From Myxococcota bacterium (GTDB lineage: Bacteria > Myxococcota_A > UBA796 > UBA2385): 64,000 bases of DNA. Of this stretch, positions 18,601-28,256 are shown in pieces. Position numbers and translations under genes: made by a program. The stretch's first letter is position 1, and each line of letters begins with the position of its first letter. The stretch is from NCBI GenBank assembly GCA_044344255.1, contig JBIJDH010000015.1, positions 32,001-96,000 on the forward strand. Reading direction: 5' to 3'. The notes beneath the pieces were generated by a model that had not been told where the DNA came from, searched no databases, and saw nothing but the letters and a program-made list of their open reading frames with translations.

Positions 18601-19824
18601 GTGTCCAGCAGCACCGAAATCGTCTTCCTATCTGGCAAGCGCACCCCGTTTGGCACCTTCCTCGGCGCCCTGGGCGGCATCAGCGCGACTGACCTCGCCG
18701 TCCACGCCAGCAAGGCGGCGGTGGAGCAGGCGGGGGTGCAGGCCGCCGACATCGATCACGTCATCTTCGGCAACGTGATGCAGACGAGCGCTGACGCCAT
18801 CTACTGCGCGCGCCACGTCGGCTTGAAGGTGGGCGTGCCGGTGCCGGTGCCGGCCCTCACGGTCAACCGCCTCTGCGGCTCGGGCTTCGAGGCCCTCGTG
18901 CTCGGCGCGCAGCTCCTCCGCCTCGGCGAGGCGACGATGGTGCTGGCGGGCGGCACGGAGAACATGACCCAGGCGCCGCACGTCCTGCGCGGCGCCCGCG
19001 AGGGCTTCAAGCTCGGGGGCGCCCCGATGACCGACTCCCTCCAGGACGGCCTGACAGACCCCCTGGCCGGCTGCGCGATGGCCATCACCGCCGAGAACCT
19101 CGCCGAGAAGTACGGGATCACCCGCGAACAGGCCGACGAATACGGCTTCCGTTCGCAGAGCGCCTGGAAGGTGGCCCACGAGGAGGGGCGCTACAAGGCG
19201 GAGATCGCCCCCATCCGCTTGCCCGGGCGAAAGGGCCAGCCCGACACCGTCGTCGAGGTTGACGAGCACCCGCAGCTGTCCCCCCTCCGGCCCGAGAAGG
19301 TGCGCGCCCGCTTCAGCTTCGAGGCGATGAAGTCGCTCCCCGCGATCTTCAAGAAGGATGGCACGGTCACCGCCGCGAACGCCTCCGGCATCAACGACGG
19401 CGCCGGTGCCATGGTGCTCTCCACCGCCGCCATCGCCGCCGAGCGGGGCCTCCGTCCGATCGGCCGCCTCCTCGCCGCGGCCTCGGTGGGCGTGGAGCCG
19501 AAGTACATGGGCATCGGGCCGGTGGAGGCCATCCGCGCCGCCCTCTCCCGGGCGGGGATGAGCCTCGATCAGATGGATCTGGTCGAGATCAACGAGGCCT
19601 TCAGCACCCAGTACCTCGCCTGCGAGAAGCTGCTCGAGCTCGACCGCGCCAAGGCGAACGTGAATTCCGGCGGTGTGGCGGTCGGGCACCCGCTCGCCGC
19701 CTCCGGCACCCGCATCACGATGCACCTCCTCTACGAGCTGAAGCGCCGCGGCCTGCGCTACGGCGTGGGCTCTGCCTGCATCGGCGGCGGGCAGGGCATC
19801 GCCGTGGTGGTCGAGGCCCTCTGA
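18601..19824 (+). CDS. Acetyl-CoA C-acyltransferase (thiolase)
   Basis: NRLCGSG, NEAF, GHPLAASG, SACIGGGQG. Confidence 0.95.
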   Translation: MSSSTEIVFLSGKRTPFGTFLGALGGISATDLAVHASKAAVEQAGVQAADIDHVIFGNVMQTSADAIYCARHVGLKVGVPVPVPALTVNRLCGSGFEALVLGAQLLRLGEATMVLAGGTENMTQAPHVLRGAREGFKLGGAPMTDSLQDGLTDPLAGCAMAITAENLAEKYGITREQADEYGFRSQSAWKVAHEEGRYKAEIAPIRLPGRKGQPDTVVEVDEHPQLSPLRPEKVRARFSFEAMKSLPAIFKKDGTVTAANASGINDGAGAMVLSTAAIAAERGLRPIGRLLAAASVGVEPKYMGIGPVEAIRAALSRAGMSLDQMDLVEINEAFSTQYLACEKLLELDRAKANVNSGGVAVGHPLAASGTRITMHLLYELKRRGLRYGVGSACIGGGQGIAVVVEAL

Positions 19825-19834
19825 GGCGCCCCGA

Positions 19835-20617
19835 CTACTGGAGGCAGACGCGGTAGGGCGACATGTAGGGGCTCGAGGGGAGGAAGTGGGTGATCCCCTC
19901 CCAGCAGGAGCCGTCCACCGCGTAGCCCTCGAACTCCGCCACCGGGACGCCGAGCTCGGTGATGGTGAAGGTGAGCGAGTCGCTGGTGGTCGACCAGGTG
20001 CCGCCGTAGTCCGGGCCGTAGGCGGGGAAGCTCAGGGTGCCGCCGGCCTCGAGCACCGCCTCGTGGTCGGAGATCGAGCTCGGGTAGAGCGTGCACTCGA
20101 AGTAGGCGCTGAGCGAGGTGCCGGTGCAGTGCTCGTTCAGGACGGTGCGCGGCCCGGTGAAGGCGAGCGTCGGGTTGTAGAGCGAGGCCGTCAGCGTCGC
20201 GGCGTTGTTCGAGAGGTTCGACTCGCTCGAGGTGGTGGACGCGGTCGCGGTGATGTCGAGGTTGTTCGTGCTCTCGGGGAGCTGCAGGTCGACGTAGACG
20301 GACTTGGTGGTGTTCTTGGCGATGCTGCCCAGCGTGCAGGTGAGCTTGGTGCCGGACTGGCTACAGGTCGAGCTCTTGCCGATCACCGTGCCCATCACGT
20401 GGACGGTGGGGCTGGTGGCGGTGACCGGGAGCTGGATCACCACGGTGGAGGAGCTGGCCGACTGGTTGCCAACGTTCTTCACCTTGACGGTGTACCGAGC
20501 GGTCGCGTACACCATCGTGCCCGAGGGCTGCGAGATCGACGTGGACAGATCGGCGGCAGCGAAGGCGGCGGAGCTGAAGGACAAAGCGGTGAAAGCAAGG
20601 GCGGATCGGAGGAGCAT
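19835..20617 (-). CDS. Secreted DUF11-type Ig-like domain protein
   Basis: Signal peptide; ADLSTS..YTVKVKNVG..CTLGSIA..ESNLSNN. Confidence 0.75.
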   Translation of the reverse strand: MLLRSALAFTALSFSSAAFAAADLSTSISQPSGTMVYATARYTVKVKNVGNQSASSSTVVIQLPVTATSPTVHVMGTVIGKSSTCSQSGTKLTCTLGSIAKNTTKSVYVDLQLPESTNNLDITATASTTSSESNLSNNAATLTASLYNPTLAFTGPRTVLNEHCTGTSLSAYFECTLYPSSISDHEAVLEAGGTLSFPAYGPDYGGTWSTTSDSLTFTITELGVPVAEFEGYAVDGSCWEGITHFLPSSPYMSPYRVCLQ

Positions 20618-20748
20618 GATGGACCATCCTTGAGTGAGGGACTGTCGCGGGAGGGAGTCAGGAGCGCATCGACCCTCTTGTTATAGCGGCGCCCCCCTCC
20701 TCCCGGACCTGTCCGACATCTGTCACGCCCCCCCGCCGGGCGCTCCGC

Positions 20749-22059
20749 TCAGCAGGCGCAGTCGCAGTAGGCGCGCGGCCAGGCCCGCTCGCCCGTGGTG
20801 CTCAGCAGGCGCCGGCTGCCGGTGATCTGGTCGTGCAGCAAGAGCTCGGGCTTCCCGTCGTCGTCGGTGTCGAAGACGCCGAGCACATCTTCGCTCGGGG
20901 CGGAGACCATGGGCACGAGCTCCTTGCCGTCGGCGCCGATCAGGCCGAGCACGGCCTCGTGGATGTCGTCACCGCCGCACATCCAGTTGCCCTGGCCGCT
21001 GGAGATCTCGTACCGAACGAGGCCGTAGGCCGCCTCGCCGAGGTTGTATTCGGCGAAGGTCCACTTGTGCTCGGGCTTGACGTTCTGCTGGGCGGCGGCG
21101 AGCTTGGCGGCCTCCTTGGCCTTCGCCACGCCGGCGGGGGGCTTGGCCATCCAGACCGCCCGCGGATCCTTGACCTTCTTCGCGGGGGCGGGCGCGCCCG
21201 GCTTCGCCTCGACCACCGGGGTCAGCGCGGCGATCGCGCCCTTCCGGCCCTCAGCCAGCACGAGCAGGGGCTCTCCGCCCTCACACTTCACCTTCATGTA
21301 CAGCGCCGCCTCGCCGCAGCCCGGGGTGCTCGGCGGACCGCCCTCGGTCTGGAGCCAGCCGAAGTGCGGCTGCCCCGCCACGCCAGCCACGAAGCCGGTG
21401 ACCTTGCAGGCCAGCACCTTGTCGGCGGCGAGGCCGGCGACCTTCTGGCCGATGGTCCAGCTCCCGACTGACTTGTTGGGGAGCGAAGACTCCCAGAGGT
21501 TGCCGTCGGTGCCGAGGGCCTTCACGGGGGGCGCGGCGGCGAGCAGGGGGGCGGCCACCGCCTCCTCGATCGCGATGCGGGCGCCGAGGCCCGGCTCCAT
21601 CACGGCGACGGCGGCGTCGCCAGCGGCGGGCTTGGCCAGGGCGGAGCAGTAGTCGTCGAGCTCGGGGCGAGCGCCCACCCAGGCGCCTGCGTTCTTGACG
21701 TAGTTCTCGACGCCGAGCGCGGTGAGCTTCGTCGAGAGGTCGGTGGCCGCGGCCTTCTCCTTCAGCGCGCCGGCCACCACGATCTCGTAGCAAGGCATCA
21801 GGCCCTTGAAGCCGGTGGAGGGGAAGCGCTCGGGCGTGATCGCCAGCTCAGGGTGGGCCTTGATCGTCGCGAGGCCGGGCGCCTCGTGACCCTGCTCGAT
21901 CTTGGAGGACAGGATCACGAAGTAGTGATCGCCGTACACGGACTCCTTGGGCGGGGGCGGCGGGAGCGGAGCGGCGGGGGCAGCCGCCGGGGCGGGGGCG
22001 GCCTTCTTGGCCTTCGGGGCGTCAGGGGAGCCGGAGCACGCGAGGAGGATGAACCACAT
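20749..22059 (-). CDS. Hypothetical lipoprotein (SPOR-like N-terminal domain; C-terminal DxDxDG and CDCAC)
   Basis: MWFILLAC lipobox, Ala/Pro linker, DTDDDGKPEL, ends YCDCAC. Confidence 0.6.
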   Translation of the reverse strand: MWFILLACSGSPDAPKAKKAAPAPAAAPAAPLPPPPPKESVYGDHYFVILSSKIEQGHEAPGLATIKAHPELAITPERFPSTGFKGLMPCYEIVVAGALKEKAAATDLSTKLTALGVENYVKNAGAWVGARPELDDYCSALAKPAAGDAAVAVMEPGLGARIAIEEAVAAPLLAAAPPVKALGTDGNLWESSLPNKSVGSWTIGQKVAGLAADKVLACKVTGFVAGVAGQPHFGWLQTEGGPPSTPGCGEAALYMKVKCEGGEPLLVLAEGRKGAIAALTPVVEAKPGAPAPAKKVKDPRAVWMAKPPAGVAKAKEAAKLAAAQQNVKPEHKWTFAEYNLGEAAYGLVRYEISSGQGNWMCGGDDIHEAVLGLIGADGKELVPMVSAPSEDVLGVFDTDDDGKPELLLHDQITGSRRLLSTTGERAWPRAYCDCAC

Positions 22060-22203
22060 GGGACCTGCCAGGGGAGCGGGGGGGCGGGCGCATTTATCCT
22101 GTCCCCATCTGGATCGCGATGGGGAGCCTTGGCGCCCGCTGGGTGGGGCCGATCCCCGTCATCCCGGGCCCCTCGTTCGCTCCGGACCCCTCGGTTCGCT
22201 GTC

Positions 22204-22257
22204 GCCCAAAAGGCGAAGACCCGCCAGGCACGAGGCCGGGCGGGTCTTGCTTTGGGC
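22204..22257 (-). terminator. Long stem-loop, probable intrinsic terminator of the 22292-22717 gene
   Basis: GCCCAAA..AAGACCCGCC...GGCGGGTCTT..TTTGGGC inverted repeat about 35 nt past the stop. Confidence 0.6.
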
Positions 22258-22291
22258 CGAAGCCCCCTTCCGTCCGAGGACGGAAGCTAGC

Positions 22292-22717
22292 TCACATCGC
22301 GGTGCCGCCAGAATCGGTGCAAGACGCAGCGCCGGAAGAGGCGTCGAAGGCGGGGGAGTAGTAGTAGGAGGTGGCGGCCACGGGGATGTCACCACCGGCC
22401 GGGAGCGAGCAAGCGGCCACGGAGCCACCGGCGCAGGCGCTGGCGGCGTACGTGGTGGTGATGCCGTAGTCGGCGCCGATCTGGGTGCACCAAGCCGAGG
22501 TGTCAGCGTAGCCGGTGAACTCGAAGCAGATGCCCAGGTCGCCCCAGTCACAGCTGTCGGTGGTCTCGCCTTCGCCTTCGCCTTCGCCTTCGCCTTCGCC
22601 TTCGCCTTCGCCTTCGCCTTCGGCCACGGTGCCGCTGTCGCCGGTGTCGCCCTTGTCCTTGCAGCCGGTGAAGGCGAGGGTGGCGAAAGCGAGAACGGAA
22701 AGGGTAACGAGCTTCAT
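22292..22717 (-). CDS. Small Cys-rich lipoprotein with (EG)9 linker
   Basis: GGAGG RBS, MKLVTLSVLAFATLAFTGC lipobox, six-Cys C-terminal domain. Confidence 0.8.
   Translation of the reverse strand: MKLVTLSVLAFATLAFTGCKDKGDTGDSGTVAEGEGEGEGEGEGEGEGEGETTDSCDWGDLGICFEFTGYADTSAWCTQIGADYGITTTYAASACAGGSVAACSLPAGGDIPVAATSYYYSPAFDASSGAASCTDSGGTAM
22566..22622. repeat. Perfect 6-bp microsatellite (TCGCCT) x9.5 encoding (EG)9E
   Basis: Read directly from the sequence. Confidence 0.95.
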
Positions 22718-22813
22718 GGGTGTCTCCTCCATCAGGGTACGGCTGGACGGCGACAGGCCGTCTCACTCCGCGTCTCAGAACGAGCGGGGCACCTGCTCCG
22801 CTCTTGCGAAAGT

Positions 22814-22843
22814 CTTATAGCACAGCTCTCCTGACGTTGTCCA
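22814..22843 (-). promoter_or_regulatory. Putative sigma70 promoter for the 22717 lipoprotein gene
   Basis: Minus strand TGGACA-18nt-TATAAG with extended -10 TGn. Confidence 0.45.
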
Positions 22844-22986
22844 CACTTGCCACCGGGGCCGCCTTCTGATCCAGGTTTGCGGGGGAGGGATCTGCCGGCC
22901 CGGCTCGACGGATCCGGCCGGAACGGCCCCCCCGATCGCGGGCGGAGCGCGCGCTGAGGTAACGTGGCCGCCCCGACGGAGGTTCG

Positions 22987-24996
22987 ATGGCGCTCCCTCA
23001 GCTCGACGATGAACAAGTCCGCACCTGGAGCCGCGCCGAGAAAGACCGCTGGTGGCTGGAGAACGTCTATCGGGGGGACATGCCGCAGCTCACGCTGCGA
23101 TCGGCCGCCACCGGGTTCCTGCTCGGGGGGGTGCTCTCGGCGACCAACCTCTACATCGGGGCCAAGACGGGCTGGTCGCTCGGGGTGGGCGTGACGAGCG
23201 TGATCCTCGCGTACGCGATGTTCAGCGCGGCGCGGAAGGCGGGGCTCGTCAAGGACTTCACGATCCTCGAGAACAACGCCGTGCAGTCCGTGGCCACCGC
23301 CGCCGGCTACATGACCGCCCCGCTGATCTCGAGCCTCACCGCCTTCATGGTGATGACCAACCAGATCCTCCCCTGGTACAAGATCTTCCTCTGGAACGTG
23401 GTCACGAGCCTGCTCGGCGTGCTGGTGGCCTTCCCGATGAAGCGGCGCTTCGTCAATGACGAGCAGCAGCCCTTCCCCGAGGGGCGGGCCTGCGCGGTGG
23501 TGCTCGACTCGCTCTACCCGGACGCCCCTGCGGGCGGCACCCGAGGGGCGGTGCGGGCGGCCGTCACCGCCGCCCAGCGCGCGACCGGCGAGCTCAAGGC
23601 CAAGGCCCTCTTCGGGGCGGCCGCCGTCGCCGGCTTTGTCGAGTTCCTCAAGCTCGAGGGCTACCAGACCCTCCTCCAGGTGCGGCTCCTCGGCCGGGAG
23701 GAGGCCATGCACCTCCCGGAGAAGCTCTTCGGTTGGTACTACGAGCTCGCCGCCAAGCGCGGCCTCTGGCTGCCGGACATCCTCGGCACCGACGTGCGCC
23801 AGCTCGGCATCTCGCCGACCTTGGACCTCACCATGTTCGGCGCGGGCGGCCTCACCGGCACCCGAACGGCCAACAGCCTGGTGATCGGCTGTGTGGCCAA
23901 CTACTTCGTGCTGGCCCCGTGGATGATCGCCATCGGCGACATCGCCGCCAAGCCCGATGGGACCTTCGGTCGCGCCTACCTCCTCAACGCCTGGTGCCTC
24001 TGGTGGGGGGTCGCGATCATGGTCACGGGCTCGCTGACCGGGCTCTTCGCGAAGCCCGAGATCATCCTCTCCAGCTTCCGGGGGATCTTTCAGAAGGACA
24101 AGGTGAAGGAGGAGGACTGCGTGAGCCACATCGAGCTGCCGGTCAAGGTGTCGCTCGTGGGTGTGCCGCTGCTCGCCGGGCTCTCCGTCTTCCTGAATTG
24201 GCTGTGGTTCGGGATCAACCCCTGGCTCGGCTTCCTTGCGGTGCCGCTCATCATCGTGCTCACCCTCATCGCCGCCAACGCGACGGGCCTCACCAGCACC
24301 ACGCCCACGGGCTCCCTCTCGAAGATCACCCAGTTCACCTTCGGCGCGCTCGATCGGGCGAACCCGGCCACCAACCTCATCACCGCCGGGATGACCAGCG
24401 AGGTGGCGAGCAACGCCAGCAACCTGCTGATGGACATCAAGCCCGGGTACATGCTCGGCGCGAAGCCCCGCCAGCAGGCCTGGGGCCATGTCATCGGCGT
24501 GGTGTCGGGCGGCATCGCCAGCACCCTCCTCTTCTTCCCGCTCTTCCTGCCGCGGCACGACCCCTCCGCGCCGCTCGGGCCGCAGATCATGACGGAGAAG
24601 TTCCCGATGCCGGGGGTGGAGATCTGGAAGGGGGTGGCCGAGCTCATCGCCACCGGGGGCCACAGCCTCGCAGGCTCCGCGATCCTCGCGATGGGCATCG
24701 CGGCCGTGGCGGGGGTGCTGATGGAGATCGCGCGGGTGAAGACGAAGGGGCGATTCCCCTTCTCCGCCGTCGCCATCGGCCTCGGCGGCGTGCTCCCGGT
24801 CGACTCCACGTTGATGATGTTCGCCGGGGCCCACTTCTTCGGCTGGTTGGAGCGTCGCCACAAGGCGGCGCCCGGGACCCTCGGTCACTCGCTGTGGGTC
24901 GAGAGCCAGGAGCCCATCGCCGCTGGCATCGTGGCGGGGGCGGCGCTGATGGGCATCGGAGACCAGCTGATCAGCGTGTTCGTGCTCGGCAACTGA
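22987..24996 (+). CDS. OPT-family oligopeptide transporter
   Basis: QLTLRS..G..LGG, NLYIGAKTG, ENNAVQSVATAAG, FPEGRACA, DIKPGYMLGAKPRQQ; GGAGG RBS. Confidence 0.9.
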   Translation: MALPQLDDEQVRTWSRAEKDRWWLENVYRGDMPQLTLRSAATGFLLGGVLSATNLYIGAKTGWSLGVGVTSVILAYAMFSAARKAGLVKDFTILENNAVQSVATAAGYMTAPLISSLTAFMVMTNQILPWYKIFLWNVVTSLLGVLVAFPMKRRFVNDEQQPFPEGRACAVVLDSLYPDAPAGGTRGAVRAAVTAAQRATGELKAKALFGAAAVAGFVEFLKLEGYQTLLQVRLLGREEAMHLPEKLFGWYYELAAKRGLWLPDILGTDVRQLGISPTLDLTMFGAGGLTGTRTANSLVIGCVANYFVLAPWMIAIGDIAAKPDGTFGRAYLLNAWCLWWGVAIMVTGSLTGLFAKPEIILSSFRGIFQKDKVKEEDCVSHIELPVKVSLVGVPLLAGLSVFLNWLWFGINPWLGFLAVPLIIVLTLIAANATGLTSTTPTGSLSKITQFTFGALDRANPATNLITAGMTSEVASNASNLLMDIKPGYMLGAKPRQQAWGHVIGVVSGGIASTLLFFPLFLPRHDPSAPLGPQIMTEKFPMPGVEIWKGVAELIATGGHSLAGSAILAMGIAAVAGVLMEIARVKTKGRFPFSAVAIGLGGVLPVDSTLMMFAGAHFFGWLERRHKAAPGTLGHSLWVESQEPIAAGIVAGAALMGIGDQLISVFVLGN

Positions 24997-25110
24997 GCGC
25001 GATCGCGCGCGGTTCGTCCCCGTTCGGGGCGAGGGGGGCGCGGTTCGGCGCGCCCGCCGCGCGCGCGGGTCGAGCGCAGGCCACGCACGCGGAGAGTGGG
25101 CCTCCCTCCG

Positions 25111-25127
25111 TTGGCACGGGGGATGCT
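25111..25127 (+). promoter_or_regulatory. Putative sigma54 (-24/-12) promoter
   Basis: TTGGCACGGGGGATGCT: GG-N10-GC spacing, about 45 nt upstream of ATG 25173. Confidence 0.6.
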
Positions 25128-25172
25128 TCGGTGGGCGGTGCCCCTCGTCGGGGCCCTCAACCCGGAGCTCCC

Positions 25173-26423
25173 ATGCGCATCGACCACCGCCCCCTGCGAC
25201 CCTCCTTCTCCCTCATTGGCTCCTTCATTGGCCTCCTCCTCGGGACCACCGCCCTCGCTGTCCCCAGCCGCGCCTTGGCCCACGAAGAAGATGAAGACGA
25301 CACCGCCATCGGCGAGAGCTCCGTGCTGGCGCAGATGCCGCTCTCGCTCGCCCAGGAGTCTTTCCCGCCAGCCGGCGCGGCCTACCCGGAGGGCGTGGGC
25401 GTGGTCGGCAGCCGGGTGATCGTGTCTGGGCCCGCCACCTTCGGCACCGCAGGAAACGGCACCCCCTCACAGCTCACGGTCTTCGACAAGGAGGACGGGG
25501 CCCTGCTCGCCCAGATCCCGGTGCAGGGGGAGCTCACCGAATTCGAGCACGCGCTGTCCGAGATCGCGGTCTTTAAGAAGCGGGTTTATGCCTCGAGCAC
25601 CCAGCTCGGGGTCCTGTCCTGGGACTTCTCGAAGAAGGCGGGCACGCCTGCGCAGGTGAGCGTCTCGACCCCCTTTTGCTCGGTGACGGGCCCCTTCCCT
25701 TGCCACTACGAGGCCCAGGCGGGCGACGCGGCCTGTTCGGCCGACATCCGCCCCGGCCTCCCGCCCCTGCCCAACGGCATTGACGTTGACTCGCAGGGCG
25801 ACATCTACGTCACCGACTCACTGCAGGGGATCGTCTGGCACATCGACGGTGGGGCGACTCAGCCGGCCGTCGCGCGGCCCCTCGTCTGCAGCCGCGCGCT
25901 GCAGGGCGCCGGGGAGGAGGGGCTCTCCCTCTTCGGGGCCAACGGCGTGGCTGTGGTGGGCGACGACCTCTACATCGGCGTGACCTTCGGCCCGCTCGAC
26001 GCCCACTTCGTGCCCACGAGCTCGATCTACCGCTTCCCCAAGGAGGGCGGCACGGCGGCCGACCTCGAGCTCGTCTACAGCTTCGCTCCGGTAGAGGTCG
26101 CGCCCGGCGTCTACGTTCCGCCGATCGCCGACGGCCTCGCCTACGACCGCGACACCGAGCAGCTCTACGTGGTGCTCGGCGGCCAGAACGCCGTGGCGGA
26201 GCTCGACCTCGCCGGCGACACGGTCGTGGAGGTGGCGCGCTTCACCCGGGAGAGCGGGCCGCTGCCCTTCTTGAACCCCTCGACCCTGGCCCTCGACGAG
26301 GACGGCCGCGCCTTCGTGACCAACCACGCGATCACGGCCTGCCTGCCCGGGAGCCCGGACCCCACCTGCGCCCGGTTTGACGCGGCGGCGCACTTCGGCG
26401 TGCTCCGCTTGCAGCTCCCTTGA
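25173..26423 (+). CDS. Secreted SMP-30/gluconolactonase-like beta-propeller protein
   Basis: Signal peptide; YPEGV, LPNGIDVDSQGDIYVTDS, GANGVAV, IADGLAYD, NPSTLA. Confidence 0.7.
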   Translation: MRIDHRPLRPSFSLIGSFIGLLLGTTALAVPSRALAHEEDEDDTAIGESSVLAQMPLSLAQESFPPAGAAYPEGVGVVGSRVIVSGPATFGTAGNGTPSQLTVFDKEDGALLAQIPVQGELTEFEHALSEIAVFKKRVYASSTQLGVLSWDFSKKAGTPAQVSVSTPFCSVTGPFPCHYEAQAGDAACSADIRPGLPPLPNGIDVDSQGDIYVTDSLQGIVWHIDGGATQPAVARPLVCSRALQGAGEEGLSLFGANGVAVVGDDLYIGVTFGPLDAHFVPTSSIYRFPKEGGTAADLELVYSFAPVEVAPGVYVPPIADGLAYDRDTEQLYVVLGGQNAVAELDLAGDTVVEVARFTRESGPLPFLNPSTLALDEDGRAFVTNHAITACLPGSPDPTCARFDAAAHFGVLRLQLP

Positions 26424-26526
26424 GCCGCCCGACGAAGGGATCGGCAGGGGCGGTAACCGCGGGGCGGGGTGGGGCGTAAGGAGTGCGTGGGCGGCCGGCT
26501 CTTCGTCGCCCCACCCCGAGGCCTTG

Positions 26527-27195
26527 ATGCGCGCACTCTCCCTCCCTGTCTTGTTCACCGCTCTTGTCTTCAGCGCTTGTGCGGCGAGCGCCCCGAGCCA
26601 GGCCGCCGACCGCAGCCCAGCGCCCCTCCCGGCGGTCGGGCCCGGACAGGCGGCGGCGGTCTTCGCGGGCGGCTGCTTCTGGTGTATGGAGTCCGACTTC
26701 GACAAGATGCCGGGCGTCGTGGCCACTACCTCTGGATATGCAGGTGGAAAGCTCAAGAACCCGACCTACGAGGACGTGACCAGCGAGACGAGCGGCCACC
26801 TCGAGGCGGTGCGCGTGGTCTGGGACACGAAGGTGACCACCTACGGCGCTGTGCTCGACTGGTATTGGCACCACGTCGATCCCACCGATCGCGGCGGCCA
26901 GTTCTGCGATCGCGGCGACTCCTATCGCCCCGCCGTCTTCTACTCGGATGACCAACAGAAGACCTTGGTCGAGGCCTCCAAGGCGGCGATCGAACGGTCG
27001 GGTGTCCTGTCGAAGCCCGTGGTCGCCGACATCCTCCCCCTCGCCGACAATTTCTGGCCCGCCGAGGTCTATCACCAGGACTTCCACCTCCTCAACAGCG
27101 CCCACTACCAGCGTTATCGAACGGGCTGCGGCCGCGACGCTCGGGTGAAGAAGGTGTGGGGGGCCGCCCTGCCTCAGTCGCCGCCCGCACCCTGA
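26527..27195 (+). CDS. msrA: Peptide-methionine (S)-S-oxide reductase with export/lipoprotein signal
   Basis: FAGGCFWCME, SGYAGG, GHLEAV, GGQFCDRG, FWPAEVYHQDF, GCGRD. Confidence 0.95.
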   Translation: MRALSLPVLFTALVFSACAASAPSQAADRSPAPLPAVGPGQAAAVFAGGCFWCMESDFDKMPGVVATTSGYAGGKLKNPTYEDVTSETSGHLEAVRVVWDTKVTTYGAVLDWYWHHVDPTDRGGQFCDRGDSYRPAVFYSDDQQKTLVEASKAAIERSGVLSKPVVADILPLADNFWPAEVYHQDFHLLNSAHYQRYRTGCGRDARVKKVWGAALPQSPPAP

Positions 27196-28256
27196 GGGGT
27201 GGCGCCCTTGGGCACGGCCGGGCTCGGCGCCGCCGGCTTGGGAGTGCCAGCGGGGGCCCCAGCGGGGCCGGGAGCGCCGGCGGGGGCGGCTCCGTCGGGA
27301 CCGCCGCCGGGCGGCGGGTCGGTCGGCTTCGGCGGCGGGGGGGGCTCCGGCACCTTGGCCGCGAGGGTGATGTCGATGCCGTTGAGCTCGACCTGCCCCA
27401 CCTCCACCGGCGCGGCGGGGGAGCCGACGGGGTCACCGAGGGTGGGGCCGTCTCCCTTGGCGTCGATGAAGGCGTCGATGAACAGCGGGCCGAAGCCGGC
27501 CGGCACGTCGATGGTGTAGGGGCCGGCCGAGCGCTTGATCTTGCCGAGCCGGAGGCGGCCGCCCTGGGCGCCGGGGTCGGGGCGGTAGAGGTCGATGTCG
27601 ATCACGGCGGTGGGATCGGTCCAGACGATGGTGCCGCCCACCTTCACGCGCGGCCCCTCGACCGCCGCGAAGGGATCGGGCCCGGAGCCGCCTCCGCTGC
27701 CGCCGCCGCCGGGGGCGCCTGCGGGCATGTCCTGGTGGACGGGGCCGCCGCTGCCGCGCGCGCCGGCGGCCAGCACCATCCGGACGCCGGGGAGATCGTC
27801 GGCGCCCACGCTGACGTTGACCTGGGCGAAAGGATCTTGACCGCCCGGACCGTCCCCTTCGAGATCCTGGAAGGCCTGGAGCTCGAGGGGGCCCAGCGAC
27901 CGGGGCACCTGCAGCTCGAAGGGGCCGGGGCCGTCGAGGAGCAGCTTGCCGTGGCCCTTCACGCCGCCGGGTTGGGTCGGATCGGGGGTGCGGACGTCGA
28001 GGTCAATGCTGCCCTGGGAGGGTGACTCCACCGTCCCCGACACCTTCACCCGCTCGCCGGCCATGCCGTGAAAGGGGGTGGCGTCGCCGCTGCCCTCGGT
28101 GGGGCTGCCGGAGGCCTCCTCGACCGCGGCGTAGAAGCGTGGATCGAGCGGAACATCCTCCCCCGTGACCCGCTCGAGCCAGCAGCCGGAGGCGGTGACC
28201 ACGAGGGGGAGGAGGAGCGCGCGGGCGACCGACGGCGCAGGGGCGAGGATGAGCAT
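27174..28256 (-). CDS. Hypothetical lipoprotein with two internally duplicated Ig-like domains and a Pro-rich tail
   Basis: ASGC lipobox; two copies of RVKV-x-GT...IDLD/IDID..PDP...GG..GK..GP..VP..GPL..AF-x-D-x-x-GDGP. Confidence 0.65.
   Translation of the reverse strand: MLILAPAPSVARALLLPLVVTASGCWLERVTGEDVPLDPRFYAAVEEASGSPTEGSGDATPFHGMAGERVKVSGTVESPSQGSIDLDVRTPDPTQPGGVKGHGKLLLDGPGPFELQVPRSLGPLELQAFQDLEGDGPGGQDPFAQVNVSVGADDLPGVRMVLAAGARGSGGPVHQDMPAGAPGGGGSGGGSGPDPFAAVEGPRVKVGGTIVWTDPTAVIDIDLYRPDPGAQGGRLRLGKIKRSAGPYTIDVPAGFGPLFIDAFIDAKGDGPTLGDPVGSPAAPVEVGQVELNGIDITLAAKVPEPPPPPKPTDPPPGGGPDGAAPAGAPGPAGAPAGTPKPAAPSPAVPKGATPQGAGGD

Noticed and set aside
20700..20751. CDCAC-TGA followed by a CGGAC-AG-GTCCG hairpin as a possible SECIS
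   Set aside because: Hairpin is too far from the UGA and too short; no coding continuation evident
23733..25172. Long N-terminal extensions in the ORF track (also 16435-17052, 35444-36115, 46275-47696)
   Set aside because: They overlap other genes and are Arg/Pro-rich off-frame translations; starts were trimmed
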